A stretch of DNA of 57,128 nucleotides, taken from positions 1-57,128 of IMG/VR virus record IMGVR_UViG_3300022752_000082; one strand, given 5' to 3'. Positions 34,072 to 43,872 of this stretch are shown one piece after another. Below the pieces are notes generated by a model. The model ran no database searches. It had not been told where the DNA came from and saw only the letters and a program-made list of their open reading frames with translations. This DNA is from a virus (taxonomy: Duplodnaviria; Caudoviricetes). Position 1 is the first letter of the stretch. Every line of letters starts with the position of its first letter. The position numbers and the translations under genes are program-made.

Positions 34072-35313
34072 ATGACAAAAAAGACAAAGCGACGACGCGC
34101 GCTCGCCACGGCCGCGGTCCTCGTACTTATCATCGCGGTGGCGCAGCGCGTCGCGCACGCGGATTCGGCTTCTTCGTGGGGGCTTGACCGGATCGACCAG
34201 CGGTCTCTGCCGCTTGACGGCTCGTATATATACGACAAGACCGGATCCGGAGTCACGGCGTACATTGTCGACAGCGGGATCAACTCGTCGCACCTAGAGT
34301 TCTCTGGGCGCATCGGGCAGGGCACCTCGTTCATCAACGACGGCCGCGGCACCGAAGACTGCCACGGACACGGCACGCATGTCGCCGGGACACTCGGTGG
34401 CTCATCATATGGAGTCGCTCGTGGTGTCACATTGGTACCGGTACGCGTCTCTGACTGCGCTGGCTCCGCATGGGCATCGACCATAGCCTCAGGCGTGCGC
34501 TGGGCGACCGAGCATCACCAGCCCGGCGTACCGGCGGTCATGAACGTCAGCGTCAGCGGTCCACTGTCAAACAACCTCAACTGGGCGATCGCAGACGCGG
34601 TCGCCGACGGTATCGTCGTGGTCGTCGCCGCCGGCAACAACAGGGCCGACGCGTGCACGTACTCTCCAGCGTCCGCGACGGCGGCCATCACGGTCGGCGG
34701 CACAGAGTCAAATGACTCGAGGATCTCGATGTCAAACTACGGTTCTTGCGTCGACATCTTTGCTCCGGGCGGCTGGGTTGTCTCGTCGTGGATCGGCGGC
34801 CCGTCTGCCACGCGTACTCTTCGCGGCACGTCGTTCGCGTCTCCGCACGTCGCCGGCGCCGCGGCTCTTATCCTCGGGGTCTCTTCTACGCTGACGCCCG
34901 CACAGGTTACAGAGAGGCTACTTGCGTCTGCGACTCGCGATGTAGTTGTTGACGCGGGCGCCGGGTCGCCAAACCTGCTTCTTTACGTCGACAGGCAGCC
35001 GCCGGTTTCTTCTACGACCGTAGCTCAAACGACTACGACTACTACAACTATTCCGCCGATAGCCACAACGACAACAACAACTATCAAGCCAGCCGATCCG
35101 CAGGTCAGCGCCTCACGCGCAGGCAGAGGCTACTACCTGGTCAAGGTCACAGGAGCGCCAAAGAACACAGAGATCGGTGTCAACGCACTCGACGTGTCGC
35201 GCAGGCCGCAACACTCGCTGACGTGGCTTGTCACGACCGACGGCAGCGGAGGCGCGTCGTTTTTTGTCAAGGCAGAACTTTCAAGGTACTCGCTGTCACT
35301 CGTCATCAAGTGA
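34072..35313 (+). CDS. Secreted S8 subtilisin-family protease (proteinase K/aqualysin-like)
   Basis: WGLDRIDQR, VDSGI (D), HGHGTHVAG (H), AAGN, GTSFASPHVAG (S); leaderless after TGATATAAT at 34057-34065. Confidence 0.93.
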   Translation: MTKKTKRRRALATAAVLVLIIAVAQRVAHADSASSWGLDRIDQRSLPLDGSYIYDKTGSGVTAYIVDSGINSSHLEFSGRIGQGTSFINDGRGTEDCHGHGTHVAGTLGGSSYGVARGVTLVPVRVSDCAGSAWASTIASGVRWATEHHQPGVPAVMNVSVSGPLSNNLNWAIADAVADGIVVVVAAGNNRADACTYSPASATAAITVGGTESNDSRISMSNYGSCVDIFAPGGWVVSSWIGGPSATRTLRGTSFASPHVAGAAALILGVSSTLTPAQVTERLLASATRDVVVDAGAGSPNLLLYVDRQPPVSSTTVAQTTTTTTTIPPIATTTTTTIKPADPQVSASRAGRGYYLVKVTGAPKNTEIGVNALDVSRRPQHSLTWLVTTDGSGGASFFVKAELSRYSLSLVIK

Positions 35314-35375
35314 CTTGAGGTTTCACCGTTTGACAGATTTGTTTGTATAATTGTCTAACACAAAGGAGACATAGC

Positions 35376-35861
35376 ATGTCAACACAGAAGAAAGAAAAGA
35401 AATCAGAGTTGGCAGACTCATACGCAAAAAAGATCAGCCCGTTTGTCGATGACGCTAAAAAAGCGTATGGCTCACGAAGCAAGAACACAGTCGCGCACAA
35501 AGCGAGCAGACGGTACACCGACCTGTGCGTCGAGTACCGCAGCAAGGGTGGCAGCATTCAGCTGCTCGCCGATAAGCTTGGTGTGTCTTACGCGAGCATT
35601 CGTCGGCGCATCGTCACGTCGTCAACCGTCGTTCCGCCGGCGCGCCGCCGAGTAGGCTTGACGGAAGAAACGATCGCAGAGGCTGTCGAGCGCGTGCGCG
35701 TAGCACGAAACAAGGGAAGCGACAGGTATCACGCGCAGCTCGCAAAAGAACGCGAGGCCGGTATCCCGCTGCTCGCCATCGCGAAGGGGCTTGGTATCTC
35801 AAACTCCGCTCCCCTGTACTACGGAGTCCAGCGGTACTACACCACAAAAGCTGCAAAGTGA
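35376..35861 (+). CDS. Tandem HTH DNA-binding protein
   Basis: GGSIQLLADKLGVSYASIRRR and GIPLLAIAKGLGIS; AAGGAG RBS; TATAAT at 35346. Confidence 0.7.
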   Translation: MSTQKKEKKSELADSYAKKISPFVDDAKKAYGSRSKNTVAHKASRRYTDLCVEYRSKGGSIQLLADKLGVSYASIRRRIVTSSTVVPPARRRVGLTEETIAEAVERVRVARNKGSDRYHAQLAKEREAGIPLLAIAKGLGISNSAPLYYGVQRYYTTKAAK

Positions 35862-36094
35862 TAACTCACCCAAGCTACGAAGGCCTGTACCACATCTTTA
35901 TCTCGAAGCTTGCGGAAGACAACGTCGACCCAGCGCGAGCAGAAGAAGACGCAAAGCAGGTCTGCGCGGCGCTGTGGAAGCTTTCTCAAACGATTAGGAG
36001 AAGCGACATTCCAAAGACCGTCGCGTTCATGGTCGAACAAGGTGGCGTAGTCGAGCGGCTTCTTTCTAAAAGTAAAGACGAGGAGGCCGCCTGA
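35858..36094 (+). CDS. Hypothetical protein
   Basis: GTGA overlap with the upstream gene. Confidence 0.55.
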   Translation: MITHPSYEGLYHIFISKLAEDNVDPARAEEDAKQVCAALWKLSQTIRRSDIPKTVAFMVEQGGVVERLLSKSKDEEAA

Positions 36095-36095
36095 C

Positions 36096-36371
36096 GTGTG
36101 GCTTCGCAAGCGGATGACAAAGGCGATGAAGAAGACGTATCCCGTTGTCATCCGCCAGGCGAGGTACATGGGAGTGTATGAAGGCGGCCTCTGGATCGCG
36201 ACATCGAGCACTCCAGAGATACCTTCGCCTCGGTTTTTTGACTACCTAACAGGCAGCGACGAGGACGCAATCGAGCTGTTTTTGTCGCCGGACGCACGCT
36301 ACATCGGCCGAGGAGACACGCCTAACGAGGCGCTTGACGACCTCATGAGGCGCCTTAGCTCGCTGGACTAG
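36096..36371 (+). CDS. Hypothetical protein
   Basis: YPVVIRQARY.GVYEGG.W...GRGDTPNEAL. Confidence 0.6.
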   Translation: MWLRKRMTKAMKKTYPVVIRQARYMGVYEGGLWIATSSTPEIPSPRFFDYLTGSDEDAIELFLSPDARYIGRGDTPNEALDDLMRRLSSLD

Positions 36372-36480
36372 TCGTTGAACGCCTCCACGTCGTTGGCGCG
36401 GTCAACCTCTCTCGCAAATGCGATGACGACCCCGGCCGCAAGTGGATAGACCATCAGCGCTGCTGCAAGTAGGGCCTTCA

Positions 36481-36678
36481 CTACTTGTCTCCGTACTTTT
36501 TCTTCTCAAATGTTGACAGGCAGTCGGCACACGTTGCAAGGTGCTTGCTCATGTACGAGGTCATCCAAAGAGACGAATCGTGTAGGCCGCACGCGCTGCT
36601 GTACCACGTTGACGCCGCCGTTCCGACACGGATGTGGACAACTGGGTCTTCTTCGTTCATTGCTCTATAAAGATGCAC
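36481..36678 (-). CDS. Small Zn-binding protein
   Basis: VH...ACG...TCADC; start probably ATG 36660. Confidence 0.5.
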   Translation of the reverse strand: MHLYRAMNEEDPVVHIRVGTAASTWYSSACGLHDSSLWMTSYMSKHLATCADCLSTFEKKKYGDK

Positions 36679-36917
36679 TCGCCTGGGCAGTCTTCCGCGG
36701 CTTGAATCACGTCGTCAAGCATTGACTCTGGAAAGTCTGCTGTCTCAGTCATCTTGAGCTTTGGCTCTGAACCTTTTCTGTCTGGACCAAAGAGGTTTGG
36801 CCACGCCGGATCTTTGACATACGCGAGGCCGTCAGTGTGCATCGCAAACACGTCGGGTGCAAGTTCTGCGCAAAGCCCGTCGCCTGTGCAAAGATCTTGG
36901 TCAATCCAAACTTTCAT
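36657..36917 (-). CDS. Ferredoxin (single cluster, 3Fe-4S/4Fe-4S type)
   Basis: IDQDLCTGDGLCAELAPDVF...AAEDCPGECI. Confidence 0.9.
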   Translation of the reverse strand: MKVWIDQDLCTGDGLCAELAPDVFAMHTDGLAYVKDPAWPNLFGPDRKGSEPKLKMTETADFPESMLDDVIQAAEDCPGECIFIEQ

Positions 36918-36920
36918 GAG

Positions 36921-37718
36921 CTAGCGATTATCGCCAAACTTTTCGGTTGTGATGACTCCGCGGCTGTACTCACTGGGGGGAGGAAGCTCTTTGCGCACTA
37001 ACGCGCGCAGCAGCCAGCGGTCTGTCCCGTCGTACCTAGGAGTAAACGAGTACCTGCCGTGGACAGACGTGTTGTTGTCAATGATTAAGACATCTCCCGC
37101 CTTAAGGATAACTTCTCGAACCGACTCTTCAACCGCTTCTTCAAGCCGCCTAAGCGCGTCGTCCGCGCTCGCGTCAACGCCGGTCATTAGGTCTTCGTCA
37201 TATGTCATCGTAAACTTTCCGTCCGGCGCTTGCTTTAAGACTGGCAGCGCAACATACTGGTCTTCTTCTCCTCCGGTCCGAAAGCTTTTGTCTACTGATG
37301 TGATAAACTTTGGTTTAAGTAGCGTCTCTACGGTTACCGGCTGGAGTCGCGCCACAATGTCGTCTACGGTTGCGTAGGTCGTACCGGCGGCTGGATCTCC
37401 TCGCAGGCAAAGTAAGACAACATAGTCTGGCTTATAGGGATGGAAAGCAGTCTCCGTGTGCAGCGCAAGCCTAGTTGTCGATGATCCAGAGATCTGCTCC
37501 GATTCGTGTTCTTTCTTTGGAAAGACATGTTGTATCATGCGCCCTTCTTGCTCCTGCTTATAGGCGACAATATGACCAAGCTTTACCGCTTCTGTAACCA
37601 GCTCGCGGATTGGCACGCTAAGTTGACTTGCGTCTATGTCATCATTTGACAGAGGCGTCGGAGGTATATTTTCGACGTAGGGCGGAACGGTCAACCAGGT
37701 CTTATGCCGAGTTCCCAT
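36921..37718 (-). CDS. TauD/clavaminate-synthase-like Fe(II)/2-oxoglutarate dioxygenase
   Basis: LHTETAFH (HxE), PDYVVLLCLR, IDN..VHGR, DRWLLR. Confidence 0.88.
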   Translation of the reverse strand: MGTRHKTWLTVPPYVENIPPTPLSNDDIDASQLSVPIRELVTEAVKLGHIVAYKQEQEGRMIQHVFPKKEHESEQISGSSTTRLALHTETAFHPYKPDYVVLLCLRGDPAAGTTYATVDDIVARLQPVTVETLLKPKFITSVDKSFRTGGEEDQYVALPVLKQAPDGKFTMTYDEDLMTGVDASADDALRRLEEAVEESVREVILKAGDVLIIDNNTSVHGRYSFTPRYDGTDRWLLRALVRKELPPPSEYSRGVITTEKFGDNR

Positions 37719-37737
37719 AGGTATCTAATTATACCTT

Positions 37738-39795
37738 TTAGTTTGTTTTTACGCTGTCCTTTACAAACTTAATCTCGCAGGCGTCAGTCGTGCAGTACCT
37801 CTCGCCGATCGCGTCCGCGGCCATTCCAGCGTAGACACCGGCAAGGTCGACAAGGAACAACTTGCTCACCGCGGCCGTATACTCGTCTTCAGTGATCTGC
37901 GTGTACGGCATCTGTGGGTATGTCTCGTTGCCACTTGGCAAGAACGACACCGTCTTGAGCTGCCCGTCATACATGTGCAAAACGGTCCCAACGTGCTGAG
38001 CCTCTGTGTCACGGTCAAACGAGATGGTGACTGACACCGAGTTGTCAGACCAATGCCGCTGAGCCGTAGCGGCTAGCGACATTTTTTCGAAGATCGTGAC
38101 GTCTTTCTCGGAGCGACGCGCTTCAGACTTGACTGGGAAGAAGACGACCGATGTTGAGTCCGGCGACTCCGAGGCTTGTTCAACCCGGTATCCGGCCATC
38201 TTGAAGAGAGGCAGCATCGGATCTTCATTCGAGAATCTAATAGCACGAAGGAAGAACTGTCCACCTGGTGTCCAGTGTACGCCTGGCGACTCACCCGCGA
38301 GTATCGATACCGTTCCCGACGGCTTTACCGTGGTCATCTTGATTGACTCACGGATGCCAAGCCACTCGGAGTAGACTGTGTCGTACCCCTTGACGGTCTC
38401 GTACCCCGCGTCCATCCAGTCACGCAGCGTTGGCAGGCCGTGGACATCAGCAAAGTTTGCGACTCCTGACATCGAGGTTCCGATCCTGCGGTTCCTCTGC
38501 ATGATGGCGTTTGTCTCTTCCCAGTGTGTCGGAAGCAGCGTTACGGTCTTAGCGTACAAGTATGCAAACTTCAGCGTGCGCCTGTAGTCCTCGATATCCG
38601 TGTGCCTGTTGAGGTATGTCTCGACAAGCGTGCAGCACTCGTATGACTCGAGCGACTGCTCGGCGCATGGGTTGTACCCAGCAACACGCCAATCTTTGTT
38701 GTTTACCGGATCCGCAAGCCGGCCATATTTACGGCTAACGTCAAGCCAAATAACACCGGGCTCTCCATTCAACGCAATGCCATCAATGATCTTTGACAGG
38801 TTGGCTCCAACAGCTGCCTCAACTGAGTTGTTAGACATCCACCCCCACCCAGGCGACTTGGGATCATACGAGTTTCTTTCTGGAAACCTGGCAGGATTTT
38901 TAAGGTCGAGAAACTCTTCATCATCAATACGGCCAAGTAGCAACTCGGCAGATCGCCTGACGTTGCCAGACACCACGCACACACCGATCAGGTTGCCGAT
39001 GTCAGCGACGTCCCGCCGGGTAAGTTTTTGTCCAGCCCGGTCTGCAAAGATGCGGCGGATGTGCGTGTGCAACTTGAGCAGCGGTTCATGCCCCGCCGCA
39101 GTTCCACCAAATGTCTTGATTGGCGTCCCAGACGGACGGATCTTAGCATAGTCAAAGACAAGTTTTCGCTGCTCTGGACGCAGGTAGGAGTTGATCAGCA
39201 TCGCGACTGATTCGACCCACCCCTCTCTTGTGTCAGGAATCTCGTACACAAATGGCTCGGTTGGCTCAGCCGGTTCGTAGATTGTAAAGTCTTTGTCAGC
39301 GCCTTTGTCGTCAAAGCCGACGCCGACGCCAAGCATCGACGCCTCCATCAAAAAGGCAAACGGCTTTGCCGGGTTAACTTTGGTCATCTCTCCAGTAGAG
39401 ACAAACGCGCAATTTTGAAGAGCGGCCGAGTTTTTTAGCTCGTTTACAAGCGGTGTGCCCATGACCCATAGCCCGCGTCCCGGCGGTGTCCACTTGAGGT
39501 TGAACATGCGATCAAACGCCTCGCGCGCCGAAGCCTGCCCTTTTGCGTCATTCCACGGCAGACGGCTTGACCTGCAGTGGTCTTTTTGCAATGAATACAT
39601 CCCGTTGATGACGCGCTCGCAGACGTCAACCCACGTCTCTTTTGTCCCGTCATCTTTAAGCCGTGAATACGTTCGCAAGAACGTGATCTCTCCGACGCTG
39701 TTGCCTCCTGCGTCGCGGTATCCAAAAGGAGGCTGCTTGTCACGGTATGACGCGACAAATTCTTCGCTTAGCTTGAATGAAAACTGCACTGGCAT
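37738..39795 (-). CDS. nrdJ: Class II (B12-dependent) ribonucleotide reductase
   Basis: RTYSR, PPGRG, LQNC, GNVRRSA, NPCAEQ, TTVKPSGT, C-terminal YCTTDAC; no small subunit nearby. Confidence 0.93.
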   Translation of the reverse strand: MPVQFSFKLSEEFVASYRDKQPPFGYRDAGGNSVGEITFLRTYSRLKDDGTKETWVDVCERVINGMYSLQKDHCRSSRLPWNDAKGQASAREAFDRMFNLKWTPPGRGLWVMGTPLVNELKNSAALQNCAFVSTGEMTKVNPAKPFAFLMEASMLGVGVGFDDKGADKDFTIYEPAEPTEPFVYEIPDTREGWVESVAMLINSYLRPEQRKLVFDYAKIRPSGTPIKTFGGTAAGHEPLLKLHTHIRRIFADRAGQKLTRRDVADIGNLIGVCVVSGNVRRSAELLLGRIDDEEFLDLKNPARFPERNSYDPKSPGWGWMSNNSVEAAVGANLSKIIDGIALNGEPGVIWLDVSRKYGRLADPVNNKDWRVAGYNPCAEQSLESYECCTLVETYLNRHTDIEDYRRTLKFAYLYAKTVTLLPTHWEETNAIMQRNRRIGTSMSGVANFADVHGLPTLRDWMDAGYETVKGYDTVYSEWLGIRESIKMTTVKPSGTVSILAGESPGVHWTPGGQFFLRAIRFSNEDPMLPLFKMAGYRVEQASESPDSTSVVFFPVKSEARRSEKDVTIFEKMSLAATAQRHWSDNSVSVTISFDRDTEAQHVGTVLHMYDGQLKTVSFLPSGNETYPQMPYTQITEDEYTAAVSKLFLVDLAGVYAGMAADAIGERYCTTDACEIKFVKDSVKTN

Positions 39796-39826
39796 AGACT
39801 CTCCACTAGTTGCGGCTGGAAGGTCT

Positions 39827-40048
39827 CTATCTTACTATTTGTTCGTAGATCTCAGCGCATTCTGGGCACACAGGGTACTTTGATCCGTCACGCGACGGTA
39901 CCCATATTTTGCCGCAGAGAGCCATGATCGGGACGCCGTTTACAAACGCTTCCATGATGTCGTTTTCATCGGCGTAGTGAGCGAAGAGGTCGTGGTCTCC
40001 GTTGGTCGTATCGACCGTGATCTCTTTTTTTGTATCACTAGATGACAT
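39827..40048 (-). CDS. DUF3039-family protein
   Basis: HYA...G.P.MALCGK.WVPSRD...YPVCPEC.EIY. Confidence 0.85.
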   Translation of the reverse strand: MSSSDTKKEITVDTTNGDHDLFAHYADENDIMEAFVNGVPIMALCGKIWVPSRDGSKYPVCPECAEIYEQIVR

Positions 40049-40057
40049 GAGGCTACA

Positions 40058-40846
40058 CTAACTCTGGCAGCTTGGGCACCAATATAGCGTTCGCCCAGCT
40101 AGTGGAGCTTGCTGAACTCTCGACCGGCAGATTCGGCAACTCTCTTCACTGCGCTTATACACATATGAAAAATGCGCGCAGCCGTGCAGCCTCACCTCGT
40201 CACCGTACAGGTGGTTTTTTGCCACGGTGCGGATCTTCCCGTCGCGGGACCCGTCGCGCAGCAGGGCGCGAGACAGGTCCCAGATCTCTGAGAACTCGGC
40301 CTCAGTCGTCTCTTTGCCGGGAGTGAACGGCATTGTCTTTGTCATAAACAAGATCTCAGCCCTATAGACGTTTCCGATCCCAGCGATGACCGACTGGTCC
40401 ATCACCAGCGCCGCGATAGGCTTGCTGCTTTTTTTGAGCTTCACCCACGCACGATCAGGGTCTGAGTCAGCGTGTATCGGGTCCGGCCCAAGTGACAGCT
40501 TCTTGTCTTCAACCTGTTCGTCGGTCCAGAGCTGGCACGCTGTCGGCGCGATGAGGTTTGCCGCCGTACCGTTGCCCTCAATCCGCATGCGCGTCGACTC
40601 AGTCGCCGGGTCACCGTCAAAGTAGAGCCAGCCGTAAAGCCCGAGGTGGATGTGCACGTTCTTGTCGTCACCAAAGTGCAAGAACAGGTGCTTGCCGTGC
40701 GCCGTCACGCTTTCAAGTGTCTTGTCGTTCAGCGCGTCTGCCTCGGCTTGAAAGCGCCCCTGCGGCGACGCGACCTTCACCTTCTCACCGACAAGCGTCT
40801 CCTCAAAGACGTTGGCTAGGTGCCGTATACTGTGTCCTTCTGGCAT
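40058..40846 (-). CDS. nei: Fpg/Nei-family DNA glycosylase (Nei-like)
   Basis: N-terminal PEGH, GKHL, HLGLYG, LGPD, DQ..IAGIGNVY H2TH, C-terminal CRIC..WCPSCQ Zn finger. Confidence 0.92.
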   Translation of the reverse strand: MPEGHSIRHLANVFEETLVGEKVKVASPQGRFQAEADALNDKTLESVTAHGKHLFLHFGDDKNVHIHLGLYGWLYFDGDPATESTRMRIEGNGTAANLIAPTACQLWTDEQVEDKKLSLGPDPIHADSDPDRAWVKLKKSSKPIAALVMDQSVIAGIGNVYRAEILFMTKTMPFTPGKETTEAEFSEIWDLSRALLRDGSRDGKIRTVAKNHLYGDEVRLHGCAHFSYVYKRSEESCRICRSRVQQAPLAGRTLYWCPSCQS

Positions 40847-41000
40847 GCGTCTCTAGTATCCTATCCTCCCTCCGCCTCCTCCGCTAGGAAGATGAAGACA
40901 ATAGCCGCCGCTGAAAAACTCGGCTTTCGCGCCTCGCTCGTCGATTTAAGATCTTTGAAGCACACGCCACGAGTACTTAAGACTGGACGGACCTCTTTCT

Positions 41001-41279
41001 ATGGCACAGATCAAAAACATCATCCTGCGGATCGTCGCGACGTTCGCGGCGTCGGGCCTCGGCGTCATCGGCGCCGGGACGATCGCTGGAGTTCCGCTCT
41101 GGCAGGCGATCTTCATGGCGGGCATCGGCGGAGTCGCGACGGTCGTCGAGGGGCTGTCTCGTGCGTTCTTGAACGACGGCAAGCTTAGCCTCGATGAGAT
41201 CAACGCGGTGTTTGATAAGGTCGGCAAGCAGAAGCACGATGACGCAGCCTCAACGCAAGAAGAGGCTCCGGCGCAATGA
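41001..41279 (+). CDS. Holin-like membrane protein
   Basis: Two TM segments and a charged tail; first gene of the lysis cluster. Confidence 0.6.
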   Translation: MAQIKNIILRIVATFAASGLGVIGAGTIAGVPLWQAIFMAGIGGVATVVEGLSRAFLNDGKLSLDEINAVFDKVGKQKHDDAASTQEEAPAQ

Positions 41280-41467
41280 GGCTTGCGGCTCTTCTCGCAT
41301 TTGCGCTCGCGCTGTCGAGCTGCGGCTACCAGGGAAGCTACCGCTATGAGTGCCAAGATCCGGCAAACTGGGAGGTGCCGGAGTGCAACCCGCCGCTCTG
41401 CAAGGTCGACGGAGCGTGCTCAAAAGACCTAATCGGCTTTGATCCAGAGGAGGACTCGCAGCCATGA
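41276..41467 (+). CDS. Small lipoprotein
   Basis: Lipobox LSSC; YRYECQDPANW..PECNPP.C...G.C. Confidence 0.7.
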   Translation: MRLAALLAFALALSSCGYQGSYRYECQDPANWEVPECNPPLCKVDGACSKDLIGFDPEEDSQP

Positions 41468-41757
41468 ACAAGCGCTACACGGCCGAAGAACTTGACGCAC
41501 GACTTAAGTTTGTCGTTGGGTGCATCCTCGGCGGAGTCCTGACGATCACAACGATCGGCGTCTTGTACGCACTTGTCTTTGTGGCCCAGCCAATCGGCGC
41601 ACAGGCCGAGAACGACAAGATGTTCTTTGGCGTGCTCTCGTCCATCGCGACATTCATCACCGGGACGCTCGCTGGCCTGATGATCTCGACCGGCCGCAAC
41701 AAGGAAGAAGAACCAAGTGACAACTCACAACCCCAAACACAGGAAGAAAGCGAGTAA
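41464..41757 (+). CDS. Two-TM membrane protein
   Basis: Two hydrophobic helices; ATGA overlap. Confidence 0.7.
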   Translation: MNKRYTAEELDARLKFVVGCILGGVLTITTIGVLYALVFVAQPIGAQAENDKMFFGVLSSIATFITGTLAGLMISTGRNKEEEPSDNSQPQTQEESE

Positions 41758-41763
41758 TAAGTC

Positions 41764-42597
41764 ATGGCTAGCAAGGTCGAGTGGGACTACATCGTAAAGG
41801 TCACTGCGCCAAAGGACCTCACGGGCGTCAAGCCCGGGCAGCTTCCAGACAGCCTCTTGCGCCCGATCCCAGGCGGCGGTAAGCTGCACTGGCTCGCCGC
41901 ACAGGCCTGGCTCGCGATGGTCGCCAAGGCGAAGGCTGACGGCATCGAGCTGAAGCCAGTCTCGGCTGGCGACACCTACCGCGACTACGAGAGCCAGAAG
42001 CGCGGCTTTCTGTCGCGCTACACGACGACGCCGATCGCTGGCGCATCGACACGGACATTCGAGGGCCAGAAGTGGTACCTCAAGAAGGGCAACGCGCCGA
42101 TGGCCGCCCCTGGCTCAAGCAACCACAACCTCGGCATTGCTGTCGACGTGCACACGGCCGCCGAGGCAAAGCGCCTCAAGTGGCTGGTCGCAAACGTCAA
42201 GGACTTCGGTTTCTCGTGGGAGGTCGTGCCGCAGGAGCCGTGGCACCTCCGCTACGTCACAGGCGACAACGTCCCCGCCGCCGTGCAAGAGTGGGTGGCC
42301 GCTAACGGCGCGCCTGCCGCCGCTCCAGCGGCAAAGAAGGCCGCTCCTGCACCGGCACCGGCGCAAGATGCTCCAAAAGACGACGGTGGCGACCTCAACC
42401 CCGGAGACAGCGGCCCGCGAGTCGCGGCGCTTCAGGCGGCGCTCAAGGAGAAAGGCCACTACCAAGGAGACGCAAGCGGGCAGTTTGACGACGCGACCGG
42501 GGAGGCCGTCAAGGCGTTCAAGGCCGCTAACGGGCTCGCGGCGGACACCAAGGCGGGCGGAAAGGTACTTGACCTGCTCGGAGTGCCGAAGGCATGA
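41764..42597 (+). CDS. Endolysin: M15 (VanY-like) Zn peptidase plus PG-binding domain
   Basis: YRDY..Q, APG.SNHNLGIAVD, EPWH; C-terminal GDSGPRV.ALQ..L...FD.AT.EAVKAF. Confidence 0.88.
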   Translation: MASKVEWDYIVKVTAPKDLTGVKPGQLPDSLLRPIPGGGKLHWLAAQAWLAMVAKAKADGIELKPVSAGDTYRDYESQKRGFLSRYTTTPIAGASTRTFEGQKWYLKKGNAPMAAPGSSNHNLGIAVDVHTAAEAKRLKWLVANVKDFGFSWEVVPQEPWHLRYVTGDNVPAAVQEWVAANGAPAAAPAAKKAAPAPAPAQDAPKDDGGDLNPGDSGPRVAALQAALKEKGHYQGDASGQFDDATGEAVKAFKAANGLAADTKAGGKVLDLLGVPKA

Positions 42598-42881
42598 TCG
42601 AGGTCGCCGTTGCGTTGATCGGCGCGGTTGCCGTAGTAGCCGTCGGCTACCTCGAGCACGGTCGCCGCGCCAACAACGCGCGGTGGGAGCAGAACTCAGT
42701 AGAGCACGGCCACGTCGTTGACAAGATCGAGACGATCGGCCGCTCATTAGGCATCTCGATTGACCGAGTCGAGGAGACAGCTCTCAGGACCGAGCACAAG
42801 CTAGACCAGCATCTCAACGACCACCTCACAGGAAAGCTACACAATGGGCAAAAAGAAAAGCGGCGGCAGCGGATCCGGTAA
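42594..42881 (+). CDS. N-anchored coiled-coil membrane protein (lysis-associated)
   Basis: One TM, coiled coil, KLDQHLNDH. Confidence 0.65.
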   Translation: MIEVAVALIGAVAVVAVGYLEHGRRANNARWEQNSVEHGHVVDKIETIGRSLGISIDRVEETALRTEHKLDQHLNDHLTGKLHNGQKEKRRQRIR

Positions 42882-43038
42882 GTCAGCGCAGCAACGCGAG
42901 CGCTGGAACTACATCGAGAAAAAGATGGAGGTTGTACCCGGCACCAAGGCCGGCAAGAAGCGCACCCGTCTGCCGGTAGGCCACCCGCTGCGGACGCACG
43001 ACCTGCACGGCCCAGCGGGGAAGAAAAAGTCCGACTAA
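42844..43038 (+). CDS. Small basic protein
   Basis: Lys/Arg-rich; AGGAAAG RBS. Confidence 0.5.
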   Translation: MGKKKSGGSGSGKSAQQRERWNYIEKKMEVVPGTKAGKKRTRLPVGHPLRTHDLHGPAGKKKSD

Positions 43039-43658
43039 GGCTTACGCTTTGAGCACCTGGACTTGTCCCAAGTGCACGGCTCCCAAGGCCCCCAGCCAGA
43101 TTCGTCATACAGCAACTTGCCAGCTTTGAGGTTAGTCAGCGGGTCAAGCAGCGGATCTTGCTCGCAGATCGCCATCTCACGGCAGATCAGCGCCCACTTA
43201 TTTCTGCCGGTGTCATAGTTGACTCCGTTGATTTGAAGCAGCCCCGTGTCCGACCTGTGGTTCCACTCGGTCACCCGAGTGACGTTGCAGTTTTTGTCGA
43301 CCGCGTCTCCGCCTTTTCGATTCGGGCAACCGCCGGACTCGCGCAGGATGATCTGGCCAAGCTTAGGCCACGTCTCTTCAGGCCAACCCGCCTCGGCGGC
43401 CAGCGCAGGCAGCCAGCTGATGTCGCCGTGCCGAAACACGGTCCCGTCGACCTTCAGCACACCCACCTTCCTTGCCTTTCTCTCTGCCTCTCTTTCGTCC
43501 GCCTCTACTAAGGCAACCTTAGCCGCCGTGGCTTCTTGACGTATAACTTCTGCAGATTGTACAACAGGGGCTGGGACGTATCCCACCTCGCTTGCCATGA
43601 CGACGTTTGTCCCGGTGATCGTGCCAAAGAGACATAAAAGCATAGCCATCTTGTTCAT
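43035..43658 (-). CDS. Secreted lytic transglycosylase (SLT-like), second copy
   Basis: Signal peptide; ILRESGG, DTGLLQING, LLDPLTNLKAG..LY..SGWGPW. Confidence 0.8.
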   Translation of the reverse strand: MNKMAMLLCLFGTITGTNVVMASEVGYVPAPVVQSAEVIRQEATAAKVALVEADEREAERKARKVGVLKVDGTVFRHGDISWLPALAAEAGWPEETWPKLGQIILRESGGCPNRKGGDAVDKNCNVTRVTEWNHRSDTGLLQINGVNYDTGRNKWALICREMAICEQDPLLDPLTNLKAGKLLYDESGWGPWEPCTWDKSRCSKRKP

Positions 43659-43872
43659 GTGTGTGGACGCTCCTTAGTTGATATGTTCAGGGGCTGTCTT
43701 GCAACTGGATCCATCCTACACGCGCGAATCGCAAAATGGTTACGCTTGGATTACAAAAGTACCCCTCATTCCGTTACGGAGCAACAAAAAGAAGCGTAGA
43801 GCAAAAATGCTCGCGAGCGTGGTTAACAATTAGTTGACATAGGTTAGGTTAGGTTCACGGTAGTATTTGCGC

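Noticed and set aside
35330-35351. TTGACA plus TATAAT as a canonical sigma70 promoter
   Set aside because: Spacer is only 10 bp; TATAAT may function but not with this -35
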